This document shows positions 30,576 to 40,844 of a stretch of DNA of 64,000 nucleotides, piece by piece. The DNA is from an uncultured Heliomicrobium sp. (GTDB lineage: Bacteria; Acidobacteriota; Blastocatellia; RBC074): the NCBI GenBank assembly GCA_964470555.1, contig CAYYDG010000004.1, forward strand, positions 33,053 to 97,052, written 5' to 3'. Position 1 is the first letter of the stretch; the number at the start of each line of letters is the position of its first letter. Both the position numbers and the translations under genes were made by a program. The notes beneath the pieces are model-generated. The model did not search any database, was not told the origin of the DNA, and saw only the letters and a program-made list of their open reading frames with translations.

Positions 30576-32210
30576 TCCTCGCTCTGCGTCGCCGCCGATT
30601 TGCAGAATCGCTTCGCTCAAATTGGCGATGATGTCTGAAGCTATCATCGAACGCATCCCCAACTTACCGGCGGCCAGGTCTCCGGCCAATCCGTGCAGAT
30701 AAACTCCGGCGATGGTTGCGCCGAGCGCATCTTTTCGCCCAAGCCAATCTGGCGGCGATTGAGCCAGCAAACCTGCGATCAATCCGGTCAGCACATCGCC
30801 CGAACCCGCAGTCGCCATTCCGGCGTTGCCGGTTGGGTTCACATAAACATTTCCGTCAGGAGCGGCGATCAAACTTCGACTGCCTTTCAGGACAGTGATG
30901 AGGTGATGTTGGGTGGCGAATTCACGCGCGACGCCGATGCGGTCGGTTTGCACGTCAGCATTCGTCTTGCCAATCAGCCGCGCCATTTCGCCCGGATGCG
31001 GTGTGACGATGATCGGCAATTCGTCCGAGCCTTTCAGTTCCTCTGGCCACGGAGCCAGCGCGTTCAATCCATCGGCATCAATGACCATCGGAGCCGTTCG
31101 CCGTTCGACCAATTCGCGGACAAAGGCTCTCGAGCTTTCTTCGTTGGAAGAAAGCCCCGGCCCAATGGCGATGACCGTTTTCTTTTCTGCAAGCTGCAAG
31201 GCGTGGCCGGTGGCTTCCTGAGCAATCGCGCCGTCAAAGGTTTCCGCCAACGCTTCGGTCATCACTTCGGGATTGGCTTGCGTGACCAACAAACTCAGAG
31301 CCGATTTTGCCGTCGCCACTGTTACCAACCCGGCTCCGGCGCGCAACACGCTTTCAGCAGAAAGCGCTGCTGCGCCGGTCTTTCCGCGCGAGCCAGCAAT
31401 CAACAACACATCACCGACAGAGTTTTTGTGAGCGTAAGATGTTCGGCGCGAATTGTTGAGCCACCTTTTAATTTCCAGTTCTTCGACAAGTTCAAGCTGC
31501 GAACCAATTTCGTGAATCAACCAGCCCGGCGTTCCGATAGGCGCAACCACAAGTTTTCCGTTCGATTCGCAAACTGGCGAAAGTACGTTGCCAAGCTTCG
31601 GCGCCGTGAAGGAAACAGTTAAATCTGCGTGGACGTGCAAATTGGCAGAATCGCCGCTGTCCGACGAAATTCCTGAAGGAATGTCCACAGCGATGACTGC
31701 CGCAAATCGAGAGTCATCTTCGACATTCCTGTTCAGAGTTCTGATGGCTTGAGCGTATAACCCTTCTGCTTGTCTGGTCAGACCTGTACCCAATAACGCA
31801 TCAATGAAAAAATTCGGTGTGTAAGTAAACCAAGCTTTTTCTTCTGTTGTAATCTCCTCGAAAAAGAGTTTGCCACTTCCAAAGCCGACTATTGGTTCAC
31901 CAAATAACTTCACGGCTTCAAAATTTGCTCTCGCCTCACCTTTTGTGTCTTCGACTTTTCCAAACAAAAAAACTCTGACCGTTGCCCCGCGCAAAAAAAG
32001 AAGCCGAGCAATGACGGCTCCGTCTCCACCATTATTTCCCTTGCCGCAGAAAACTGCGAATGATTTGTTTTCGACCGAGCCGTAATTTTCAATGATTGCT
32101 TCAACCACGCGGCTGCCCGCCGTTTCCATCAGCGTCGCATACGGAATGCCGCAGCGTTCGACAGTCAGCCGGTCAAGCTCTCGCATTTGTTGGGCGGTCA
32201 GAATTTTCAT
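30546..32210 (-). CDS. nnr: Bifunctional NAD(P)H-hydrate epimerase / ADP-dependent dehydratase (YjeF N+C)
   Basis: YjeF-N domain with FCGKGNNGGDG; YjeF-C carbohydrate-kinase-like domain with GSRGKTGAA and GSGDVLTG. Confidence 0.9.
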   Translation of the reverse strand: MKILTAQQMRELDRLTVERCGIPYATLMETAGSRVVEAIIENYGSVENKSFAVFCGKGNNGGDGAVIARLLFLRGATVRVFLFGKVEDTKGEARANFEAVKLFGEPIVGFGSGKLFFEEITTEEKAWFTYTPNFFIDALLGTGLTRQAEGLYAQAIRTLNRNVEDDSRFAAVIAVDIPSGISSDSGDSANLHVHADLTVSFTAPKLGNVLSPVCESNGKLVVAPIGTPGWLIHEIGSQLELVEELEIKRWLNNSRRTSYAHKNSVGDVLLIAGSRGKTGAAALSAESVLRAGAGLVTVATAKSALSLLVTQANPEVMTEALAETFDGAIAQEATGHALQLAEKKTVIAIGPGLSSNEESSRAFVRELVERRTAPMVIDADGLNALAPWPEELKGSDELPIIVTPHPGEMARLIGKTNADVQTDRIGVAREFATQHHLITVLKGSRSLIAAPDGNVYVNPTGNAGMATAGSGDVLTGLIAGLLAQSPPDWLGRKDALGATIAGVYLHGLAGDLAAGKLGMRSMIASDIIANLSEAILQIGGDAERGEIKRQISKM

Positions 32211-32328
32211 GGTTATACGTTTTTGGATTCGATGGCGGTGATGCTTGAGAATCGTTTGAAGTCGGGTTTGTTGGAAGCCAGGTTGGCGCTGAAGACCAAA
32301 ATGTTCGAATCAACGAGAAAGGTCATCG

Positions 32329-32610
32329 CTAACGATCCTCGTAGATGCTTTCTCGTCTGACATCGTCAATTGTCAGGCCGGGAGTGTCTGCGCTGTGACT
32401 GTTCGCCCAATCCAGGTAAGCCTGGGCCAATTCCTCCGGCGTAGCGGTTTCATAAAGCGGCCTTTCCTCTTTCAGGTGGCTGCCATTTTCAACCAGCGGG
32501 CGGATCAACGAATCAACCGTCACGCCTTGCAAAGCAGCTTTCTCTTTCAGCCGTTCCAGCGTCAAGGCTGTGTTTTGATCTACTTCGACCGTAACCATTT
32601 GTGGAGTCAT
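32329..32610 (-). CDS. Hypothetical small protein, possible ribbon-helix-helix (antitoxin-like) fold
   Basis: 93 aa; VTVEVDQNTALTLERLKEKAALQGVTVDSLIR resembles an RHH beta-alpha-alpha pattern. No partner toxin ORF adjacent. Confidence 0.3.
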   Translation of the reverse strand: MTPQMVTVEVDQNTALTLERLKEKAALQGVTVDSLIRPLVENGSHLKEERPLYETATPEELAQAYLDWANSHSADTPGLTIDDVRRESIYEDR

Positions 32611-32666
32611 AACAACCTCTCTTTCCGATTCGGAAGGTACTCCGTTTCCAGTCCGTAGGCAAAAGC

Positions 32667-32702
32667 AACGGCCTGGTCATCGTTTTGCGAAGCCAGGCCG
32701 TT
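32667..32702 (-). terminator. Putative terminator after Gfo/Idh/MocA gene
   Basis: 10-bp stem AACGGCCTGG/CCAGGCCGTT; on the minus strand followed by GCUUUUGCC. Confidence 0.4.
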
Positions 32703-32724
32703 TGAAGTTGAAACAAAACTCGGA

Positions 32725-33996
32725 CTAATCCGCCTTCGGTTCAGGTTTGAAGCCGAGCTTTTTGGTTTCGTTCCACAGCTCGTTCCAGGTCAGCGTGGTT
32801 TTGCGATACGCCGATTCGCGTCCGAGGATGGCCATGAAAGTGCTTTCGACGCCGTACTTGGTGTCGTTGCGATATTTGTCTTCGCCTTCGCCTTTGCCCA
32901 AAACGCTGGCGACAAAAGTCGCGGCTTCCTGGTCGTAATGTTTGTCGTCGCCGCCTTCATATTTGTAAATCGGCGCGGGATTCGGCTCTTTGCGCGTCGG
33001 AACGGCTTCGATGCGAACGCCGCCCGTGCCGCCTCTGCCTGCTGTCGTGGTGAACACGCCTTTGGTGCCGCGAATGGTTTCCGATACATCGCCGCGCACG
33101 CCGTCCACTTGGACGCAGGTGTTGGTCAGCAGAACTCCGTTGTCGTATTCGTAATTGACGGCGAAATGATCGTGAATGTCACCGAGTCCGTCGCGTTTGT
33201 CGAAGACTGCGCTGATGCCTGCTGCGCGCACTGGCGTCTTGTTCAAAAACCAGTTGATGACGTCAATGTTGTGAATGTTCTGTTCGACGATGTGATCGCC
33301 CGACAGCCATTTGAAGAAGTACCAGTACTGAATTTCGAAATCCAGTTGCGATTTCCAATCGGCGCGTTTGCCGCGACGTTCGCCCCAGATTTTGGCTTGA
33401 TCCCAGGCCGAATGCGCCATCACGGCTTGTCCCATGGCGCCTTCATCAAACAGTTTTTTGGCTGCGCGATAAGCTTTGGAATAGTGTCGCTGCAACCCGA
33501 CGACGACGCTCAGGTTCAGCTTTTTGGCTTTTTCGCCCGCTTCCATCACAGTGTGGCAACCGGGAACGTCCACAGCCAGCGGTTTTTCGGCGAAGATGTG
33601 TTTTTTGGCGGCGACGGCGGCTTTGAAATGTTCGGGACGGAATCCCGGAGGGGTGACGAGCAACACGGCGTCCACGTTCGAACCGATGACTTCTTTGTAA
33701 GCATCAATGCCGACGTGCGCACGTTTGGCATCCACGTTGAAGCGCGTGGCGGCTTTATCAGTCTGGGTTTTGAAATAATCGGCGACGGCAACGATCTTGG
33801 CTTCCTTGGTCTGTTCCAGAAGTTGTGCGTCGCGGGTTCCTTGTCCGCCGCAGCCGATGAACCCGACTTCAACCATTGAATTGGCCGCCGAACCACGAAC
33901 GGATTCCGCTTTGACGATGGTGAATGTAGAGGCGGCAGCGGTCACAGCCGCGCCTTTGACGATAGTCCTGCGTGATACGAGATCTTGCTTGTTCAT
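32725..33996 (-). CDS. Gfo/Idh/MocA family NAD-binding oxidoreductase with Tat signal (GH109-like)
   Basis: Twin-arginine motif SRRTIVKGAAV; Rossmann motif VGFIGCGGQG. Start at MNKQDL... Confidence 0.85.
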   Translation of the reverse strand: MNKQDLVSRRTIVKGAAVTAAASTFTIVKAESVRGSAANSMVEVGFIGCGGQGTRDAQLLEQTKEAKIVAVADYFKTQTDKAATRFNVDAKRAHVGIDAYKEVIGSNVDAVLLVTPPGFRPEHFKAAVAAKKHIFAEKPLAVDVPGCHTVMEAGEKAKKLNLSVVVGLQRHYSKAYRAAKKLFDEGAMGQAVMAHSAWDQAKIWGERRGKRADWKSQLDFEIQYWYFFKWLSGDHIVEQNIHNIDVINWFLNKTPVRAAGISAVFDKRDGLGDIHDHFAVNYEYDNGVLLTNTCVQVDGVRGDVSETIRGTKGVFTTTAGRGGTGGVRIEAVPTRKEPNPAPIYKYEGGDDKHYDQEAATFVASVLGKGEGEDKYRNDTKYGVESTFMAILGRESAYRKTTLTWNELWNETKKLGFKPEPKAD

Positions 33997-34494
33997 AATC
34001 TCCCCTTGCGATGGTGTTGGCAAAGCGTTGAAGCTTCGTTTCAAAACGATTTCACGATTGAATTTAGTTTGAGGTGCGATTGAGCGCCCTGAGTGCGGTG
34101 TCATTGACCGGCAACGACGCGCGGATTGTAGTCAAAGCGCCTTCGTTTGGCAAAACTTTGGGGTTTATTGCCGCCAAGTTTTTCTTGCAAATGCAAGAAT
34201 CCAGAAATGATAAATTGACAAGGCAAAGATGAGAAAAGATAATTAGCCGCCTTTGAAGCAGATAGCACAGGCCTCGCTAAAGATCATTGCCCCTTCATAA
34301 GCATAACTACAAGATAGACGGCGGTGTCAGGATTTCCCGTCCGAACTCAAAACTTATGGCCTTGAGCGAAAGCTGCAAAGCAATTCACGTGAAGTGGTCA
34401 GTCCTCCCCAAGGCTGATAAATTCATCACCCAAACATTCCGCAGCGAAGCGCTGCAAGCCGGAACATTGCCCGTTGTTTAGCGGAGGTAGAACA

Positions 34495-36336
34495 GTGTCC
34501 GAAGAGAAGATCAATTCATCAAATCAACCAGATACATCAAGCTGGGAAGCCCAGCTTCAGGCGCGCGCAAATGAATTCGTCAACCACCGCGTTGGCGCGC
34601 TCAAAGCCGAAATCGAACGTTTACAAACAACCATCGCCGAACTTGGTTCCAAACTGTCCGAACAGACCCAGCCGGTTGTCACGCCGGAAGAATCTTCGGG
34701 TTTGTTGGATTATGTTCGCCAGTTGTTCACCGACGCGACCGCCAAAGCCGAACAAGGAGTTGAACAACGTCTTGCCGATGCTCGCGCCGAATGGGAAACC
34801 GCCTATAGGGAAACCAACGAAGCCGAGTTTCAGAAACGCTTGGAAACGGCTTGCGCGGAAGCTGCCGCCATCGCTCGCCGCGAAGCGGAAAGTCAGATCG
34901 AAGATTTGCGCGAACAACTGGACGCCAGCCGCAAAGCGTTGACGCTGGCTGTTTCGGCTTCGCAGTCTGCGGCTTCTCAGGCATCGAGTCTGGATGGGTT
35001 GAAAGCCGCCGTCGAAGAGATTGATTCTCAGCGCACGCAATCGGACACCTTGGCGACTCTGGTTCGTCGCGCGTCGCAGTTTTCGCCGCGCATTGTCTTT
35101 TTCGTCGTCAAGGGCAACGAAGCCGTCGGCTGGAAAGCATCCGGGTTTGATAATGGATTGAATGACGAAACCGTGCGGTTGTTGTCGGTTTCGACGCAGA
35201 ATCAAACCTTGTTGCGCGAAGCTCTGACGACGTTCAACGTGGCCAAGGCGCGTTCGTCCTCGCCCGGAGAAAATTCCGCCGTCTTGGGACTTTACGGATC
35301 GCCCGCGCCAGAAACCGCGCTGGCGATTCCGCTGGTCGTTCGCGGAAAAGCGGCTGCGGTGTTGTATGCCGATTCCGGCACGCAATCGGAAAACGACATT
35401 GCCGCCGCCGCGCTCGAAACTCTGGTGCGAGTGGCGAGCATGGGCATTGAACTGTTGCCATCGCGTCGCGGTGTCGAGCCGGTTCGCCCCAGTGGACCGC
35501 CTCCGCAATTGAGCGCCACTGCTGCACAGGCTCCTGCTGTGGCTGCCGCGTTGGCCCCGGAACCGGTTGCTGCGCCGCCCAGCCCGGAACCTGTCGCTCC
35601 GCCGCCTCCACCGGTAGAAATTTCTGCGCCAGTGGTTGAAACTGCGGTTGCCAATGAACTGGCAGAACCGAAACGAATTACGGAAGAATTGCCGCCTCCT
35701 GAATTTACTCCGCAATTGAGCAGCACGGTCGAACCGGAAGAATCGTTGCATTCGGCCAAGACGCAACCTGCGATTGAAATCGCCGAAGAAGCGCCTGAGC
35801 CGGAATCAACCGAACCTGTCGCCCCGGAGCCGACCTTCGAAGCTCCGCGTTTGGAACCAATCGTGCCGCCACCGCCGCCTGCGCCGCCGTTGTATGTCAA
35901 TTCGCCTGCGCAACCTGATTATTCGTTGCCGGTGGCCGCCGAAGCTCCTAAATTCGAGCCGCCGACCATCGAACCGCCTGTGTTTACATCGCCTGTGATC
36001 GAAACTCCGCGTCCGGCTCAACCGGTGATGGCGATTCCGACCGCAGCCAGCGAAACCGAACAGCGCGCTCACAACGACGCACGGCGATTTGCGCGGTTGC
36101 TGGTTTCGGAAATCAAACTTTACAATGCCGCCAAGGTCACTGAAGGCCGACGCAGTCTGGATTTGTACGACAGACTGCGCGATGAAATTGATCGCAGCCG
36201 CAAGGTCTACGACAAGCGAGTTTCACCTGCTGTTGCTACACGGTTCGATTACTTTTACGATGAACTGGTGCAGACGCTGGCCGAAGGCGATGACGCCAAG
36301 TTAGGGCCGAATTGTCCAGGGCCTGTGGTGCAGTGA
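34495..36336 (+). CDS. Hypothetical Pro-rich protein (coiled-coil N-term, central domain, PAPE-rich linker, conserved C-terminal domain)
   Basis: GTG start with a GGAGGT SD 6 nt upstream. ~150-aa Pro/Ala/Glu-rich low-complexity region (PPPPAPPLY etc.). Confidence 0.6.
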   Translation: MSEEKINSSNQPDTSSWEAQLQARANEFVNHRVGALKAEIERLQTTIAELGSKLSEQTQPVVTPEESSGLLDYVRQLFTDATAKAEQGVEQRLADARAEWETAYRETNEAEFQKRLETACAEAAAIARREAESQIEDLREQLDASRKALTLAVSASQSAASQASSLDGLKAAVEEIDSQRTQSDTLATLVRRASQFSPRIVFFVVKGNEAVGWKASGFDNGLNDETVRLLSVSTQNQTLLREALTTFNVAKARSSSPGENSAVLGLYGSPAPETALAIPLVVRGKAAAVLYADSGTQSENDIAAAALETLVRVASMGIELLPSRRGVEPVRPSGPPPQLSATAAQAPAVAAALAPEPVAAPPSPEPVAPPPPPVEISAPVVETAVANELAEPKRITEELPPPEFTPQLSSTVEPEESLHSAKTQPAIEIAEEAPEPESTEPVAPEPTFEAPRLEPIVPPPPPAPPLYVNSPAQPDYSLPVAAEAPKFEPPTIEPPVFTSPVIETPRPAQPVMAIPTAASETEQRAHNDARRFARLLVSEIKLYNAAKVTEGRRSLDLYDRLRDEIDRSRKVYDKRVSPAVATRFDYFYDELVQTLAEGDDAKLGPNCPGPVVQ

Positions 36337-36498
36337 ACTGGTAAAAGGGGACGGAGTGAAGGAGCGATAGAGAGCCAGAGTGAACGCGAGTAATAAAGTT
36401 CAATCTTGCTCCACCCCTCCTTCTTTCTTTCCCTCTATCTATCAATCCAGCAGTCGTCGAAGAGCCCCCTTTGGCTGAAGCATTTCAAAGGAGTAAGC

Positions 36499-38721
36499 AT
36501 GAAGGCCTTCCCCAAAGTTATTTTCCCGCCAAACCACAGCAAATTTCTGATCCAGATTTTGATTATGGTGTTTGCGCTGATTGCGCCGGACAAAATCGTT
36601 GCGCAATCGCGTAACAGCGACGCACAACTGCGTTCCGCCGTCGCCGCCAATTCCGAAGCTGAATTACAAAAAGTCGAAAGCGCAATGGCCGGAACCGAAT
36701 CCGCCGGGTTGGCGCGGTTGCTGCGCGGGTATTTGCGTTTGCAGGCCAGAGATTACGCAACGGCAATCACTCTGCTCGGCGATTCATCCATACAGCGTTT
36801 GACCGGATTGGGAGATTACGCGGCGTATTTCCGCGCGCAGGCTTTGCAGCAAGCCGGTCGCGCCGAAGACGCCGAACGCGAATTTCGTATGCTGGCGCAA
36901 AGCCAGCCGACTTCATTGATGGCGCGCGAAGCGACATTGCAGGCGGCCAACCTGGCGATGACACGCGGTGATTATCAAATGGCGGCGGAAACTGTGGAGC
37001 TGTTGGCGGAAAAAGACGACGGGGCTGCCTTGAAGCTTCGCGCCGATTGTCTGGAAAAACTTGGCCGCACAAACGAAGCCGTCTTGACGTTGCGGAAGCT
37101 CTTTTTCGACGCGCCGCAATCGCCCGAAGCTGACAAGATCGGCGACCGGTTGGCGGCGCTGGGCGGTTCGACGGCGGCAGGCGATGTTTCGATGCTGCGC
37201 CGTCGCGCTGACAAACTTTACGATGCGCGGTTGTACGCTCTGGCCGGAGCGGCTTACGAACAAATCGTTCGCCAGTTTCCGAATGCCGCAAGTGACGAGG
37301 CGTGGTTGCGAGCGGGCATCAGCTATTACAAAGCCGATTCGTTCAAACAATCCGCAGACGCCTTGATGAAGGTTCGCGCGCGCACGCCGAAAATGGCGGC
37401 AGAAGCGCTTTATCATCTGGGCTTGGCGCAGCTTTCATTGAAAACGGACACGGCGGCGATTACCACGCTTGCCGATCTGCGCAAAGCGTCGCCGTCCAGC
37501 GAGCGTGTTGGCGATTTGCTGTTTGCAATTGGCCGTTATTACGAAAAGCGCGAACGCGGCGATCAGGCTTTGGCGTTTTACACCCAATTGATTCGCCAGT
37601 TTCCGCAATCGCCCAACGCCGACGACGCGCATTTCTGGATGGCCTGGCGCGCTCACGAAGCGAAAGATTATGCCAGCGCTGCGCGGCTGCTGACCGAACA
37701 TCTGGCCAATTACGGAACCGTCACGGACAATCGGGGCAAGGCTGCTTTCTGGGCGGCGGTGAACACCGAGCGTTCAGGCGACAAAGCGCGCGCGATGACG
37801 TTGTACCAGGCAATGTTGAAAAGATACGGCGCGGGATGGTTCGGACTGAACGCCGAACGGCGCATCGAACGATTGACGCGCGAAGGCATTCGACCTCGAT
37901 CCGTTGATGCCGATCTGATGTTGCGCCGAGCCGTCGAAGGATTGCAACCAATCAATCTGCCGCAGGAAACGTTGAAGGACACAGACCGCGAACGAATTCG
38001 CAAAGCCGAACAATTGATGGCGATTGCGCTTTACCAGCAAGCGAATGTCGAATTGGAATCCACGCGGGCGACTTCGCCGAATTCGCCATTGGTCAATTTG
38101 CGCATTGCGCAAATCTTCCGCGCGCAGGGCGAAAATGTGGCGGCGATCAACGTGCTCAAACGGTCGTATCCGGATTACGGTCAGGCGCTGCCCGAAGAAA
38201 TGTCGCGCGACGTGTGGGACGTGTTTTATCCGCTCAAATGGTGGTCGAACATCAAGGAAGAAGCTCGACGCCACAATCTCGATCCATATCAAATCGCCGG
38301 TTTGATTCGGCAGGAAACCGTGTTCAACCACACGGCGCGCAGCCGCGCCAATGCTCTGGGCGTGATGCAATTGCTGCCGTCAACGGCCAAAGCCGTCGCC
38401 CGGTCGAGCAATGCCGGCGCGATTTCCACGAATGATCTGTTCAATCCAGCGCTGAACATTCAGCTTGGCGTGGCTTACCTCAAACAGTTGCAAAACGATT
38501 TCAAACGTTTTGAGTATGTCGCCGCAGCTTACAACGGTGGCGAAACGCGCGTTCGTCGCTGGCTTCGCGAACGTCCGGGAATGGACATTGAAGATTGGGT
38601 GGAAGCTATTCCATTGAGCGAAACCCGATTGTACGTGCAAGGCGTTTATCGCAACACGCGCATTTACCAGCGGCTTTATGACGAACAAGGCCGGTTCCGC
38701 GCCAACGTGCCGGAACGGTAA
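36499..38721 (+). CDS. Soluble lytic murein transglycosylase (SLT domain with TPR/superhelical N-terminal region), secreted
   Basis: Signal peptide; C-terminal SLT catalytic motifs (GLIRQETVFNH, ALGVMQLLPSTA, AYNGG). AAGGAG SD before the ATG. Confidence 0.85.
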   Translation: MKAFPKVIFPPNHSKFLIQILIMVFALIAPDKIVAQSRNSDAQLRSAVAANSEAELQKVESAMAGTESAGLARLLRGYLRLQARDYATAITLLGDSSIQRLTGLGDYAAYFRAQALQQAGRAEDAEREFRMLAQSQPTSLMAREATLQAANLAMTRGDYQMAAETVELLAEKDDGAALKLRADCLEKLGRTNEAVLTLRKLFFDAPQSPEADKIGDRLAALGGSTAAGDVSMLRRRADKLYDARLYALAGAAYEQIVRQFPNAASDEAWLRAGISYYKADSFKQSADALMKVRARTPKMAAEALYHLGLAQLSLKTDTAAITTLADLRKASPSSERVGDLLFAIGRYYEKRERGDQALAFYTQLIRQFPQSPNADDAHFWMAWRAHEAKDYASAARLLTEHLANYGTVTDNRGKAAFWAAVNTERSGDKARAMTLYQAMLKRYGAGWFGLNAERRIERLTREGIRPRSVDADLMLRRAVEGLQPINLPQETLKDTDRERIRKAEQLMAIALYQQANVELESTRATSPNSPLVNLRIAQIFRAQGENVAAINVLKRSYPDYGQALPEEMSRDVWDVFYPLKWWSNIKEEARRHNLDPYQIAGLIRQETVFNHTARSRANALGVMQLLPSTAKAVARSSNAGAISTNDLFNPALNIQLGVAYLKQLQNDFKRFEYVAAAYNGGETRVRRWLRERPGMDIEDWVEAIPLSETRLYVQGVYRNTRIYQRLYDEQGRFRANVPER

Positions 38722-38756
38722 GCTCGACTGGCGAATCTGAAGCAGGGAATTCGATG

Positions 38757-38797
38757 GCGAAAAGCGGCAAGACTGAAGAGGTCTCGCCGCTTTTTGC
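38757..38797 (+). terminator. Rho-independent terminator after lytic transglycosylase gene
   Basis: GCGGCAAGAC-tgaagag-GTCTCGCCGC stem, then TTTTTGCG. Confidence 0.5.
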
Positions 38798-38880
38798 GTG
38801 TTGGACTGGTAGATTACAGGCCGTTCGCAGGCTCTGCCGGATTGGTGAATACATCGGTCTGGTTTTAAGATGCCTGCACC

Positions 38881-40050
38881 ATGTTGAACATCCAACCGAA
38901 TTCAAATTATTACACGGCTGAACACGAACAGTTTCGCCAGACGATGCGCGAATTTGTCGCGCGCGAAATCGCTCCATTCGTCAATGAATGGGATGAGGCC
39001 GAAGAGTTTCCGCGCGAGTTGTATCGCAAAGCCGCTGCCATAGGTTTGTTGGGATTGAATTACCCCGAAGAATACGGCGGCACGCCAGCCGACGGGTTTT
39101 ATTCGATCATCGCTTCGGTGGAACTGGCTGCCGCGGGCAGTGGAGGCGTGTCGGCTTCGCTGATGTCGCATTCGATAGGTTCGCCGCCGATTCTGCATGC
39201 CGGAAGCCGCGAAATGAAAGCGCGTGTTTTGCCGCAGGTCTTGGCCGGAGAAAAAATTTCGGCGCTGGCCATCACCGAACCTTCGGGCGGTTCGGATGTC
39301 GCAGCCATCAAAACAACAGCCATTCGCAACGGAGATCATTACATCGTCAACGGCGAAAAGACGTTTATCACTTCCGGCATTCGGGGCGATTACTTCACGG
39401 TTGCCGTTCGCACCAATCCCGACGACAAATCCGCTGGCGGAGTTTCGCTGCTGCTCATCGAACGCGACATGCCGGGGTTCATCCGCACGCCGCTCAAAAA
39501 AATGGGTTGGTGGGCTTCGGACACCGCGCATTTGTATTTCGACAATTGCCGAGTTCCGGTCAGCAATCTGATTGGCGAAGAAAATCAGGGCTTCAAGATC
39601 ATCATGCGGAATTTCAATTCCGAACGGTTGGGGATGTCCGCCGGAGCTTACGGCTTTGCCAAAGTCTGTTTTGAAGATGCGCTGGCGTGGGCAAGGCAGC
39701 GAAAGACATTTGGCCAGCCACTGATTGAACGGCAGGTGATTCGCCACAAGCTGGTGGATATGGCGATGAAGCTCGATGCAACGCGCGCGACGTTGGAAGA
39801 CCTGACCTGGCGGGTTCAGCATCGCATTGGCGATCCCAATTTGCTGGTCGCGCAAACCTGCATGTTGAAAAATCAGGCGACTCAGACGATGCAGTTTTGC
39901 GCCGATCAAGCCGTGCAGATTCTGGGTGGGATGGGTTACATGCGGGGCGAGCGGGGCGAGCGCATTTACCGCGAAGTGAAGGTCAATATGATCGGCGGCG
40001 GCGCAGAAGAAATCATGAAAGACCTGGCCGCTCGACAAATGAAGTTCTGA
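38881..40050 (+). CDS. Acyl-CoA dehydrogenase
   Basis: ACAD N-terminal, middle (ALAITEPSGGSDVAAIKTTA) and C-terminal domains; 389 aa. Confidence 0.9.
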   Translation: MLNIQPNSNYYTAEHEQFRQTMREFVAREIAPFVNEWDEAEEFPRELYRKAAAIGLLGLNYPEEYGGTPADGFYSIIASVELAAAGSGGVSASLMSHSIGSPPILHAGSREMKARVLPQVLAGEKISALAITEPSGGSDVAAIKTTAIRNGDHYIVNGEKTFITSGIRGDYFTVAVRTNPDDKSAGGVSLLLIERDMPGFIRTPLKKMGWWASDTAHLYFDNCRVPVSNLIGEENQGFKIIMRNFNSERLGMSAGAYGFAKVCFEDALAWARQRKTFGQPLIERQVIRHKLVDMAMKLDATRATLEDLTWRVQHRIGDPNLLVAQTCMLKNQATQTMQFCADQAVQILGGMGYMRGERGERIYREVKVNMIGGGAEEIMKDLAARQMKF

Positions 40051-40149
40051 TGGCTGGCTTGAATCGTGTTCGGCGGGCGCATACTATCTCGCCCGACATA
40101 AGTCAGAATTCAATCCAACAAAATTTATCGAAGAAGGAGATTGTAGAAA

Positions 40150-40595
40150 TGCCATATTCAGAGTTGATGATTAAACCCATGCGCGAGGAATTGACCCGGC
40201 TAGGGTTTGAGGAAACCAGAACAGTCGAAGCCGTAGACGCGGCGATCAAAAACACGACCGGAACGGTCATTGTGGTGGTCAATTCCGTCTGCGGATGCGC
40301 CGCCGGAAAAGCGCGTCCCGGCATTGCCCAGGCGTTGCAACACAAAGTGCAACCGGACAAGAAAATCACCGTCTTTGCCGGAGCCGACATTGACGCGACG
40401 GCTCAGGCGCGAAACTATTTCACTGGCTATCCGCCTTCGTCGCCTTCCATCGGGCTGCTCAAAGACGGCAAGCTGATTTACATGATGGAACGTTACCAGA
40501 TCGAAGGTCGCAGCGCCGAACAGATCGCTGCCGAGTTGACTGCGGCGTTCGACAAATTCTGCACACCGTTGCAGCAAGCCGCCGCAACCAATTGA
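40150..40595 (+). CDS. Bacilliredoxin-like protein (BrxA/BrxB, DUF1094/YphP-YqiW family)
   Basis: Thioredoxin-like CGC active site (NSVCGCAAGKARPG). ~148 aa; SD AAGGAGATTG before the ATG. Confidence 0.65.
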
Positions 40596-40614
40596 ACCGG
40601 TTGTAATGCAAAGC

Positions 40615-40651
40615 CGCTGCGGCAAAGCTTGAAAAAAGTTTTGCCGCAGCG
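40615..40651 (+). terminator. Putative terminator hairpin after bacilliredoxin-like gene
   Basis: 12-bp perfect stem CGCTGCGGCAAA/TTTGCCGCAGCG; weak U-tract. Confidence 0.35.
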
Positions 40652-40844
40652 TTGCCGAAGAATGCGCCTACGCGATTGGCTTTTTTATTTTCTTGGCCTT
40701 TTTCTGTAATTCGAGCTTTCCCCAATCGCTTAACGCCAGCAAGGCACTATAACAGCCAATCAACCACCGCTTGGGCTTGATAAGAAGGTCGGGACGGGGG
40801 GTGGAAAGCCTGAGCCACTCGGCGACAGGAGGCGCCATTCACAC

